Sequence record: DRR723986_9968
DNA length: 64,000 bases
Reading direction: 5' to 3' (one strand)
In this document: positions 1 to 7,790 of the stretch, piece after piece
Position numbering within the stretch: position 1 is the first letter of the stretch
Layout: each line of letters starts with the position of its first letter
Notes under the pieces: model-generated
The model's database searches: none
Seen by the model: the letters and a program-made list of their open reading frames with translations, nothing else
Told to the model about the DNA's origin: nothing
Made by a program: the position numbers and the translations under genes

Positions 1-36
1 CTGAAGCTTCGGCGCAAGCGAAAGGGGGAATGAGGA

Positions 37-1503
37 TTATTTCTTCAACAGCTTTAAAGGCCGCTCCATTTTGATGAAAATGAGCAAATAAATCAAAATC
101 AAAATGCTGCTAACAATTGTTTTCACTAAAACTGAGCCGTAATCAATAAAATAGCCGATTGAAAATAGAATTAGAGCTGAAAAAGTATACAGCCCTGCTT
201 TTCGTAAATTATATTTAATAGGATAATGCTTTTGACCTAAAATGTGAGAAGCCACCATCATTGAAAAATAAACCGCAAGCGTGGTCCAAGCTGCACCGAG
301 ATATCCAAACACTGGAATTAATGCAAAGTTTAATCCCAAGGTCAGTATGGCTCCACCAATGGCAATATATGCTCCAAATTTGGTTTTGTCGGCTAGTTTA
401 TACCAAATAGATTGGTTGTAATAAATACCCAAACAAATATTCGCCAACAAAAGAATAGGCACCACTTTCAATCCTTCATGATAAGCGGTGTTTGGAATAA
501 ACCATTTAAACAGATCAAGATTCAAAGAAATGACCAAAAACATCAAAGTCACAATGGCAATAAAATAGGTCATTACCTTACTGTAAACTTTGTCTTTTCC
601 TTCATCTTTTTCCAATGAGAAAAAGAAAGGTTCGGCTGCATATCTGAAAGCTTGAATAAATATCGTAATGAGTATTGAAAGCTTGTAATTGGCAGAGTAA
701 ATTCCTACTTGGGCTTGGGCATATTCTAATTGTTCAGGTGTTCCATCTCCCATCAACAAACGTTTCACTAGAATTCGATCAATGGTTTCATTTACGATTC
801 CCGCAAAACCGGCTATGGCGAGTGGTAAGGCGAAGATGAACATGGCTTTCGTCATAGCTTTGTCCCAAACAAACCTAAATAATGAAACTTCTTTGAATAA
901 CATCAACGGTTTAACAAAACTTGAGATAAGGTTCGCTAAGAAGATGAATCCTATTCCAAGGGATAATTCTGGCTGGGTATTGTTCCAGAATCCTAAAATG
1001 AAAATAAGGTTTAACAAGATGTTTACGCCTATCGAACTCAGTTGAATCAAAGCGAACTTCTTGGCTTCATTCCGGAACCTCAATTTGGCTAAAAACAAAG
1101 AGCTCGTTGCATCTACAGCGAGAATAGCACCAAACCAAATCACAAAATTCTGATAGTCTGGATAGCCCATCCAGTTGGCGATACTTTGAGAAAAAACCAC
1201 CACTGTTATTAAGAATAAACTACTTAAGACAATTACAATTGAAGCGGCTTGATTAAAGGTTTTTTCTTTGTCTTCAGATCGATTAACGAATCGGAAGAAA
1301 GTAGTTTCCATTCCGAAAGTAAGCAGCACAATAAAGAAGGCCACAAAAGCATAGAATTCTGAAATTATTCCGTAATCAGATTCTCCAAAACCATAGGTTT
1401 CACTGGTGTGCAAAGGAACTAGCAAATAATTGAGCAATCTTCCCAAAATAGAGGAGACCCCGTAAATGGCCGTTTGGCCTGCTAGTTTTTTAATTACACT
1501 CAA
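37..1503 (-). CDS. Polysaccharide biosynthesis/oligosaccharide flippase family membrane protein (Wzx/MATE-like)
   Basis: About 12-14 hydrophobic segments and a KKLAGQTAIYG N-terminus typical of Bacteroidota flippases. Start moved to TTG at 1503 because the extension to 1545 is translated heptamer repeat. Confidence 0.85.
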   Translation of the reverse strand: MSVIKKLAGQTAIYGVSSILGRLLNYLLVPLHTSETYGFGESDYGIISEFYAFVAFFIVLLTFGMETTFFRFVNRSEDKEKTFNQAASIVIVLSSLFLITVVVFSQSIANWMGYPDYQNFVIWFGAILAVDATSSLFLAKLRFRNEAKKFALIQLSSIGVNILLNLIFILGFWNNTQPELSLGIGFIFLANLISSFVKPLMLFKEVSLFRFVWDKAMTKAMFIFALPLAIAGFAGIVNETIDRILVKRLLMGDGTPEQLEYAQAQVGIYSANYKLSILITIFIQAFRYAAEPFFFSLEKDEGKDKVYSKVMTYFIAIVTLMFLVISLNLDLFKWFIPNTAYHEGLKVVPILLLANICLGIYYNQSIWYKLADKTKFGAYIAIGGAILTLGLNFALIPVFGYLGAAWTTLAVYFSMMVASHILGQKHYPIKYNLRKAGLYTFSALILFSIGYFIDYGSVLVKTIVSSILILIYLLIFIKMERPLKLLKK

Positions 1504-1607
1504 TTTCGATTCTCGATTTTCGAATCCCGATTTTCGTAAGCTCAAAATTCGATATATGCAGAATAATTATTCGCGAGAATCGAAAATCGAGCAACGAGAA
1601 TCGAAAT
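1503..1607. repeat. Inverted array of 7-bp tandem repeats (5 units + 35-bp loop + 5 units)
   Basis: Left arm ATTTCGA TTCTCGA TTTTCGA ATCCCGA TTTTCGT (1503-1537). Right arm GCGAGAA TCGAAAA TCGAGCA ACGAGAA TCGAAAT (1573-1607) is its imperfect reverse complement. Confidence 0.85.
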
Positions 1608-2380
1608 TATTTTCTAAACTCTGCTTTTCTCTTTTCTAAAAAGGCTGTAGTTCCTTCAACAAATTCAGGAGTTCCGAAGCACTTTCCAAATTCTTCAATT
1701 TCAGTTTGCATTCCGTTTACACCATCTACATAATTAGCGTTGATTGCTTTAATAGCCGCACCAATTGCGTTTGGTGAATTTTTCAAGATTTTGCTCGCGA
1801 TTTTATTCGCTAAATCCAATAATTCAGCTTGAGGAACAACGTGGTTAACTAATCCCCAAGATTGTGCTTCTTCAGCTGAAATCATTCCGGCAGTTGTTAC
1901 CATTTCCATTGCTTTTCCTCTTCCTACTAACTGCGCTAAACGTTGAGTTCCACCATATCCAGGAATCACTCCTAAAGAAACTTCAGGTAATCCTAATTTC
2001 GCATTATCAGAAGCTACTCTGATATGTGCTGCCATGGCTAACTCTAATCCCCCACCTAAGGCGAAACCGTTAACGGCAGCAATAACGGGAGTTGTCATGT
2101 TCTCAACAAAATTGAACAGTAGGTCGTGACCAACGGCGCTTAATTCTTTACCTTTTTCAACTGAAAAATCTGCAAATTCTTTGATGTCTGCACCAGCAAC
2201 AAATGCTTTTTCTCCTGATCCGGTAAGAATAACTACACCAACATTGGTATCATCATTCGCAGCTGAAAGTGCTTGATTTAGTTCAGAAATCGTTTCCTTA
2301 TTTAAGGCATTTAATTGGTTAGGACGGTTAATTGTGATGGTTAAAACATGTCCGTTTTGTTCAGTTAAGATATTATTCAT
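1607..2380 (-). CDS. Enoyl-CoA hydratase/isomerase (crotonase family)
   Basis: AFVAGADIKE, VNGFALGGGLELAMA and LPEVSLGVIPGYGGTQRL motifs. Confidence 0.95.
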   Translation of the reverse strand: MNNILTEQNGHVLTITINRPNQLNALNKETISELNQALSAANDDTNVGVVILTGSGEKAFVAGADIKEFADFSVEKGKELSAVGHDLLFNFVENMTTPVIAAVNGFALGGGLELAMAAHIRVASDNAKLGLPEVSLGVIPGYGGTQRLAQLVGRGKAMEMVTTAGMISAEEAQSWGLVNHVVPQAELLDLANKIASKILKNSPNAIGAAIKAINANYVDGVNGMQTEIEEFGKCFGTPEFVEGTTAFLEKRKAEFRK

Positions 2381-2410
2381 TGTTTATTACGATTTGGCCA
2401 ATTTGATTTG

Positions 2411-2451
2411 ACTTCGGCAACACTTCGACAGGCTCAGTGAAGCATCTCAGT
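2411..2451. repeat. REP-like short repeat CACTTCGACAGGCTCAGTG (apparently nested in a degenerate outer copy)
   Basis: CACTTCGACAGGCTCAGTGA at 2421-2440, flanked by ACTTCGGC...CTCAGT. The same core occurs at 6654 and 7758. Confidence 0.75.
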
Positions 2452-2635
2452 CAGGCATCAAGGCACTTAGGTTTAACTTTAACCTCTAAAATTACGCAAT
2501 GTTGTGTGGGAAGCGGAAAGAACTGTATCTTTTTTTAAACAGTTTTTTGTGTGCTGTACTTTGGGGATTATTCGCGAGATCAATTAGAATTCTCGATAAT
2601 TATCGCTATGTTTACTTAAGCCTAAACAATTCAAT

Positions 2636-3058
2636 ATGAAGTATTTATTCTTTTCACTCTCCTTAATTATCCTCCCTTGTTTAACTTTTACTTCTTGTGA
2701 AAACACTTCAAGCGCTGAATTGCTTATTGAATTAGAAACCAACATGGGTTGGAGCAGTGTAAACGATTCATGGCGATCTAGAAGAGACAGTTGGATTAGC
2801 GACACTCGAAATGCCTCAACCGCAAACGAAAAAGGTCATTACTTGATGGAGCTAGAGTCAATTGTGTTGTGGTCTGCGGTCAGTCCAAATTGGGCAGCTA
2901 AACGAGATGCTTGGATAGCCGATTGCCAAAACATCTCAACAGAAAACGAATTTGGAAACTGTCTTCAAACTTTTGAAGCACATGTATTATGGGATGTTGT
3001 AAGCCCTAATTGGAAAAGTAGAAGAACCAGTTGGGTGCAAGAGTGTGAATCACTTTGA
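2636..3058 (+). CDS. Putative lipoprotein made of three ~38-aa Trp-rich repeats
   Basis: Signal peptide ending FTSC, then three LxxxExxxxWxxVxxxWxxxRxxW units. Confidence 0.75.
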   Translation: MKYLFFSLSLIILPCLTFTSCENTSSAELLIELETNMGWSSVNDSWRSRRDSWISDTRNASTANEKGHYLMELESIVLWSAVSPNWAAKRDAWIADCQNISTENEFGNCLQTFEAHVLWDVVSPNWKSRRTSWVQECESL

Positions 3059-4006
3059 TTATTTCCAAGGAACAGCTGTTTTAAACGTTGACCCATCTGA
3101 CAGGCCGGCGTAAACTTCACCTGAGCTAGACCCTCTTCCAATAAGATCAGCCTTTCCGTCTCCATTTAAATCAACGTAATGATTGTCAAATGAAGTATTC
3201 CATTCTGTAAATTTTACCGCAGTTTTAAAAGAACTACCACTTGAAATACCTGCGTAAACCTCTCCCGTGTTTGGACTTCTTCCGATTAAATCGGCCTTAC
3301 CATCTCCATTAACATCATGATATTGAGCATCAAATTTTAAATTCCACTCGCACCATTTCGTGGGATCAAGAAATTTCTCGCCTGTAGACAAGCATGCATA
3401 AACTTCACCTGTATTTTTACTTCTACCCACTAAATCAGCTTTTCCGTCTCCATCTACATCCGCATAATGCGTATCGTAATTTAAATTCCAAGTAGTCCAT
3501 TTGGTCGGAGATACAAACTTTGATCCATCAGAAAGAGACGCATACACTTCACCCGTATTTTTACTTCTTCCAACTAAATCAGCCTTTCCGTCTGCATTCA
3601 AATCAACATAGTATGTATCATAGTTGGTATTGAAGGTGGTAAATTTTACTGCACTTTTAAATGAGGTGCCGTTTGAAATCCCAACATATAATTCACCTGT
3701 ATTTGGGCTCCGTCCAACTAGATCAGCTTTCTTATCACCATTGACATCTGCGAAAAATAAATCAAATTTTAAATTCCATTCACACCATTTAGTTGGCTCT
3801 TCAAACTTACTCCCATTTGATAATGATGCATAAACCTCTCCTGTATTTTTACTGCGTCCCACTAAATCTGCTTTTCCGTCTCCATTGAGATCTGCATAAG
3901 CAGTTGAATAGTTTAAATTCCACGCGTTGATCGAATTAACTATACTAGAGGTTGCAAACAGTGGGATACAAAAAAAAGTAAATGAGATAAAAGCTATATG
4001 TTTCAT
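3059..4006 (-). CDS. Secreted FG-GAP/VCBS-like repeat beta-propeller protein (six 48-aa repeats)
   Basis: Signal peptide and six DxN/DGDGKADLxGR repeats. Confidence 0.85.
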   Translation of the reverse strand: MKHIAFISFTFFCIPLFATSSIVNSINAWNLNYSTAYADLNGDGKADLVGRSKNTGEVYASLSNGSKFEEPTKWCEWNLKFDLFFADVNGDKKADLVGRSPNTGELYVGISNGTSFKSAVKFTTFNTNYDTYYVDLNADGKADLVGRSKNTGEVYASLSDGSKFVSPTKWTTWNLNYDTHYADVDGDGKADLVGRSKNTGEVYACLSTGEKFLDPTKWCEWNLKFDAQYHDVNGDGKADLIGRSPNTGEVYAGISSGSSFKTAVKFTEWNTSFDNHYVDLNGDGKADLIGRGSSSGEVYAGLSDGSTFKTAVPWK

Positions 4007-4036
4007 AATTAGGGCGTTGATTCAAACTAAATATAG

Positions 4037-4195
4037 TTAAATTCTTAAGATCCAGTGATCTTCTTCAGTTAAATCTTCTGCTTTAACTTTTCCTTTTTTA
4101 GTCAACCCAATTTTATCTTTCCACCCTTGAGCAAAAGATTCGGCAGGGCCAAATGCTACTAATGTACCGATTGCCATAATACATAATGTTTTCAT
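4037..4195 (-). CDS. Small secreted protein, 52 aa, not in the ORF track (possibly truncated)
   Basis: MKTLCIMAIGTLVAFGPAESFA|QGWKDKIGLTKKGKVKAEDLTEEDHWILRI*; signal peptide with SFA-Q cleavage; TAAGTTTG promoter element at 4220-4227. Confidence 0.6.
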   Translation of the reverse strand: MKTLCIMAIGTLVAFGPAESFAQGWKDKIGLTKKGKVKAEDLTEEDHWILRI

Positions 4196-4219
4196 AATTG
4201 TTTGATTTAAAATTTAAAC

Positions 4220-4289
4220 CAAACTTAAGCTGGTGATCAGCTTTTTACATGCCAAAATGAGTAATTAACAGCATTCAATGAGTGATTAA
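4220..4289 (-). promoter_or_regulatory. Bacteroidota -7 element plus a direct-repeat pair with 21-bp period (LytTR-like)
   Basis: TAAGTTTG (rc of 4220-4227); AATGAGTAATTAA at 4256 and AATGAGTGATTAA at 4277. Confidence 0.55.
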
Positions 4290-4549
4290 AGGTTCTCTAG
4301 AATTAACAGATTCCATTCTTTAGACTCGTTTAAGTATGTTAAAACTTAAAAGAATTATCCGCGGTATAGAATATCGGGTCAATACAGAGATGATTAATAA
4401 TTTCGTAAATATTATCGAGTTCATTTACAACATTTATGAATCTTGGCCAAAGTGATACAGAATTTCTGTTTTGTGGAATGTTATATAACCATGTTGGAAA
4501 AGTCTCAGAGCAAGTTTGGTTTAAGAGAGTAGGCCGATTGATACAATAG

Positions 4550-5956
4550 TTATTTACAATGATACTTAACATATTTCTTGGCTTCTTTATCACCCAAATT
4601 TGCAGCTTTTCTCATGCTTTGACAATACTTAAACGTCCTATCCTGATGATAATAGCATAAAGCTAAATTAAAATAGGCGTCAATAAATTGATCATCCAAT
4701 TCTATAGTCGATTCAAAATCTTTTATCGCTTTGGCATAATCCTTATTTTTCATATGAATAACACCACGATTATAATAAACAGTAGGTTTAGGCTTTAAAA
4801 GAATAGAGGTTTCATAATCTTCCAAAGCTTTATCTTTATTGCCCATTTCACTATAAGTCCATCCTCGATCATAGTAATATGACGCATTAGAATCATCTAA
4901 TTGAATTGCTTTTCCGAAATTTATTATTGCCTCATTGAAATCACCCTTATCAGATAACAAACAAGCTTTTAAATATGGGTAATATGCATCAGTGCTGTCC
5001 ATTTCAATTACTCCGTTAATGTAGGTAAGACCTTCATCAAAATAGCCTAATTGGAGACAATAAAAAGCTAAATCTCCAAGCTTATGAATTGCTGTTTCAA
5101 GATCAATTGACTTTTCTACCATCTCTTTTGCTAATTCATATTTTTCTTGATAATCATAACAAATTGATAAACGATAAAAATTATAAGAATCTGGCTTTAG
5201 ATCGATCGACTTTTTAAAATACTTCTCTGCTTCTTTAAAATGATTGTCATCCATCATGAAATAAATCTCTGCTTTAGTCAAGAAATTGTCAGCATCCTTT
5301 TTATTCAATTTAATGGCCCTTTCAATATCTAGTAATGCATCAGAAAAATTCTCAAGTTCAAGATAAACATTGGACCTCCCGTATAAAGCTATTTCATTCT
5401 CAGGATTAAACTCCAGAGCTGTGGTATAGGCCTCAATTGCTTTTTCATTCAAGGTATCCATCCAGTAAATATCACCTAAAAGTGCAAAGGCTCCATCATC
5501 TTTCGGAAACAATTGTATAAAATCCAGTACATCTATTTTTGCCGAATCAAGCACTTCCATTTCATAATATACCATTGCTCTATTCAATTTTCCATAATGA
5601 TGATTTGGTTCAAGCTCTACTACTTTATGGTACCAATTAAGTGCTTCTACATATTTTTTTTGTCGGTGAAAAGATGCTGCAAAAGAATTAATCACGTCTG
5701 TATTCAAGGAATCTTTCGCTAAAACTTCTGCATAAATTTCGTTTGCTTTGTTGAACTGCCCTAGATACATATAACAATTACCCTTGTCTATTTTAAGTGT
5801 ATCAATTTTTTCTACTTCAAGACAAGAAGTTGAATACTCTATTGCTTCTGCATACTTCTGTTTTTGATATAATTGAATAAATTTCTCTTCACAATTTTGT
5901 CCAAAAACAAAATAAGTTAAGAAAAACATAAATGAAGTAAATAAACTTTTTAGCAT
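4550..5956 (-). CDS. Tetratricopeptide repeat protein, secreted
   Basis: Signal peptide, many TPR units (YYDRG, YYNRG, AYFNLA) and a C-terminal KAANLGDKEA motif. Confidence 0.9.
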   Translation of the reverse strand: MLKSLFTSFMFFLTYFVFGQNCEEKFIQLYQKQKYAEAIEYSTSCLEVEKIDTLKIDKGNCYMYLGQFNKANEIYAEVLAKDSLNTDVINSFAASFHRQKKYVEALNWYHKVVELEPNHHYGKLNRAMVYYEMEVLDSAKIDVLDFIQLFPKDDGAFALLGDIYWMDTLNEKAIEAYTTALEFNPENEIALYGRSNVYLELENFSDALLDIERAIKLNKKDADNFLTKAEIYFMMDDNHFKEAEKYFKKSIDLKPDSYNFYRLSICYDYQEKYELAKEMVEKSIDLETAIHKLGDLAFYCLQLGYFDEGLTYINGVIEMDSTDAYYPYLKACLLSDKGDFNEAIINFGKAIQLDDSNASYYYDRGWTYSEMGNKDKALEDYETSILLKPKPTVYYNRGVIHMKNKDYAKAIKDFESTIELDDQFIDAYFNLALCYYHQDRTFKYCQSMRKAANLGDKEAKKYVKYHCK

Positions 5957-6498
5957 TACTTTTTAATTTCTCGAATGCGCTTATACAGCTTTATAGCCAA
6001 CATTAAAATAATAGCAAAAAGAACGAAACCAACTGTTCCGTACACCCAGTTCAAAGTACTTTTCATGATGATAATGAACATAATGGCCACTAAAAACAAT
6101 GTCGCCAACTCATTCCAAATGCGATAAAAATTCCCAGAATTAGTATCCCTGTCATTTTGAAGTTTCTTATAAAAAGAATGACAGATTAAATGGTAAATAA
6201 TTAGTCCTCCAACAAAACCGAACTTAATTTGCATGTAATCTACCTTTAGCATAGCCGGTGTGTCTATAATCATCCAGGTACCAAAAGTTGTCGCCAAAAT
6301 CATGGATGGCCATGTTATTCCATACCACAGTCGTTTGGCCATAATTTTGAATTGTGGAACTAATACCGAGCGCTCATTTTCGGACTTATCCTTTGCTTCA
6401 GCTTGATACACAAACAATCTCACAATATAAAAGAGGCCTGCGAACCAGGTAACCACGAAAATAACGTGCAAGGCTTTTATGGCTAATAATGTGCTCAT
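5956..6498 (-). CDS. hemJ: Protoporphyrinogen IX oxidase HemJ (CopD-like family)
   Basis: KALHVIFVVTWFAGLFYIVRLFVY and RIWNE motifs. Confidence 0.9.
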   Translation of the reverse strand: MSTLLAIKALHVIFVVTWFAGLFYIVRLFVYQAEAKDKSENERSVLVPQFKIMAKRLWYGITWPSMILATTFGTWMIIDTPAMLKVDYMQIKFGFVGGLIIYHLICHSFYKKLQNDRDTNSGNFYRIWNELATLFLVAIMFIIIMKSTLNWVYGTVGFVLFAIILMLAIKLYKRIREIKK

Positions 6499-7142
6499 TT
6501 ATAAAAGTTCATTTCGTCTAAATACTGATAAACCGGTTCTGATAATAAATAACGAATGTCTTTACCTTCTTTAACAGCCTTTCTTATAAAACTAGAAGAT
6601 ATTTTCATCATAGGGACATCTTCAAGCAAGGTAATTGAATCAGACTGCAATAGCACTTCGACAGGCTCAGTGTGACTATTTTGTCTGATCTCTCCTTTAT
6701 TAAGAATCTTATTTTCAGATTCTTCTTCCTGAATTGTTCTGATTCTTGGATACACCAAAATTTGATGATTTTCTAAAATATATTCGTAGTTTTTCCATTT
6801 ATGAAAAGACCTCAAATTGTCCTCTCCCATAATTAATACGAATTCTTTGTCAGGATGATCTTCCTTGAGTTTTTGCAGAGTAAAAACGGTATATGAAGGC
6901 TTAGGCAAATCGAATTCAACATCAGAGGCTTTGAGCTTGTTGTTATCCTCAACCGCAATTCTTACCATGGCCAAACGGTGATGATCCTCTAATAAATTGG
7001 CTTTCTTTTTATGCGGATTATGAGGAGAAACTACAAACCATACTTCATTCAAATCTGTACGATCTGCCAAATAATTCCCCAAAATAAGATGCCCAATGTG
7101 TATGGGATTGAAAGATCCGAAAAAGAGTCCTACTTTTTTCAT
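6495..7142 (-). CDS. nadD: Nicotinate-nucleotide adenylyltransferase
   Basis: GSFNPIHIGH, IMGEDN and ISSSFIR motifs; yicC-gmk-nadD synteny. Confidence 0.95.
   Translation of the reverse strand: MKKVGLFFGSFNPIHIGHLILGNYLADRTDLNEVWFVVSPHNPHKKKANLLEDHHRLAMVRIAVEDNNKLKASDVEFDLPKPSYTVFTLQKLKEDHPDKEFVLIMGEDNLRSFHKWKNYEYILENHQILVYPRIRTIQEEESENKILNKGEIRQNSHTEPVEVLLQSDSITLLEDVPMMKISSSFIRKAVKEGKDIRYLLSEPVYQYLDEMNFYK
6654..6676. repeat. REP-like repeat copy inside the nadD CDS
   Basis: CACTTCGACAGGCTCAGTGTGAC, which encodes SHTEPVEV on the minus strand. Confidence 0.8.
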
Positions 7143-7723
7143 CCAGCAATAAATTGAATCACTAATTCCTTCGCCTCATGGCAGGCCTTTTCAAGATTAT
7201 CATTCAATAAAACGTAGTCAAACTGCTCTGCCTTATCTAACTCCCCTTGCGCTTTTCCTAATCTTTTTTGAATGCTGTTTTCTGTTTCAGTTCTTCTATC
7301 TCGCAAACGTTGTTCTAAGACAAATAATGAAGGCGGTTTTACGAATATAGATAGCGCATGCTTTCCGAATATTTTTTTTAAATTAATTCCTCCTTCTGCG
7401 TCTACATCAAACACCACTGTTTTGCCTTTACTCCAGGCTTTTTCAACTTCCGACTTTAGGGTTCCGTAAAACATATTCGTATAAACTTCTTCCCATTCTA
7501 TGAATGCATTCTGATCTATTCTTTTTTTGAATTCATCAACGGATAAAAAATGATAATCTTCACCATCAATTTCTCTTCCTCTCGGTTCTCTACTGGCTGC
7601 AGAAACAGAAAACTCCAACGAATCAATATTTCTTAATAGGTAATGCACCAAGGTAGTTTTCCCCGCTCCTGATGGAGCAGAAAAAATTAAACATTTCCCC
7701 TTTATTTCGAAATCTTCGTTCAT
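7139..7723 (-). CDS. gmk: Guanylate kinase
   Basis: SAPSGAGKT P-loop, REPRGREIDGEDYHF and YGT motifs. Confidence 0.95.
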   Translation of the reverse strand: MNEDFEIKGKCLIFSAPSGAGKTTLVHYLLRNIDSLEFSVSAASREPRGREIDGEDYHFLSVDEFKKRIDQNAFIEWEEVYTNMFYGTLKSEVEKAWSKGKTVVFDVDAEGGINLKKIFGKHALSIFVKPPSLFVLEQRLRDRRTETENSIQKRLGKAQGELDKAEQFDYVLLNDNLEKACHEAKELVIQFIAG

Positions 7724-7757
7724 TAATATTTATACCGTTTCTATTTCGTTTATCTAT

Positions 7758-7780
7758 ACTTCGACAAGCTCATCATGACA
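7758..7780. repeat. REP-like repeat copy (degenerate)
   Basis: ACTTCGACAAGCTCATCATGACA in the yicC-gmk spacer. Confidence 0.7.
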
Positions 7781-7790
7781 ATTCACTCGC

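Noticed and set aside
1-35. GC-rich CTGAAGCTTCGGCGCAAGCG segment, possibly another small palindromic repeat or a terminator
   Set aside because: Cut by the window edge, with no second copy in the window.
1504-1545. N-terminal extension MSLRKSGFENRESK of the flippase ORF
   Set aside because: It is translated heptamer repeat; TTG at 1503 gives a family-typical start.
3059-4006. Regularly spaced DNA repeats that might suggest a CRISPR array
   Set aside because: The 144-bp period is protein-coding with synonymous variation; there are no unique spacers or cas genes.
4339-4593. 84-aa minus-strand ORF
   Set aside because: It overlaps the end of the TPR gene, has no motifs and has an atypical composition.
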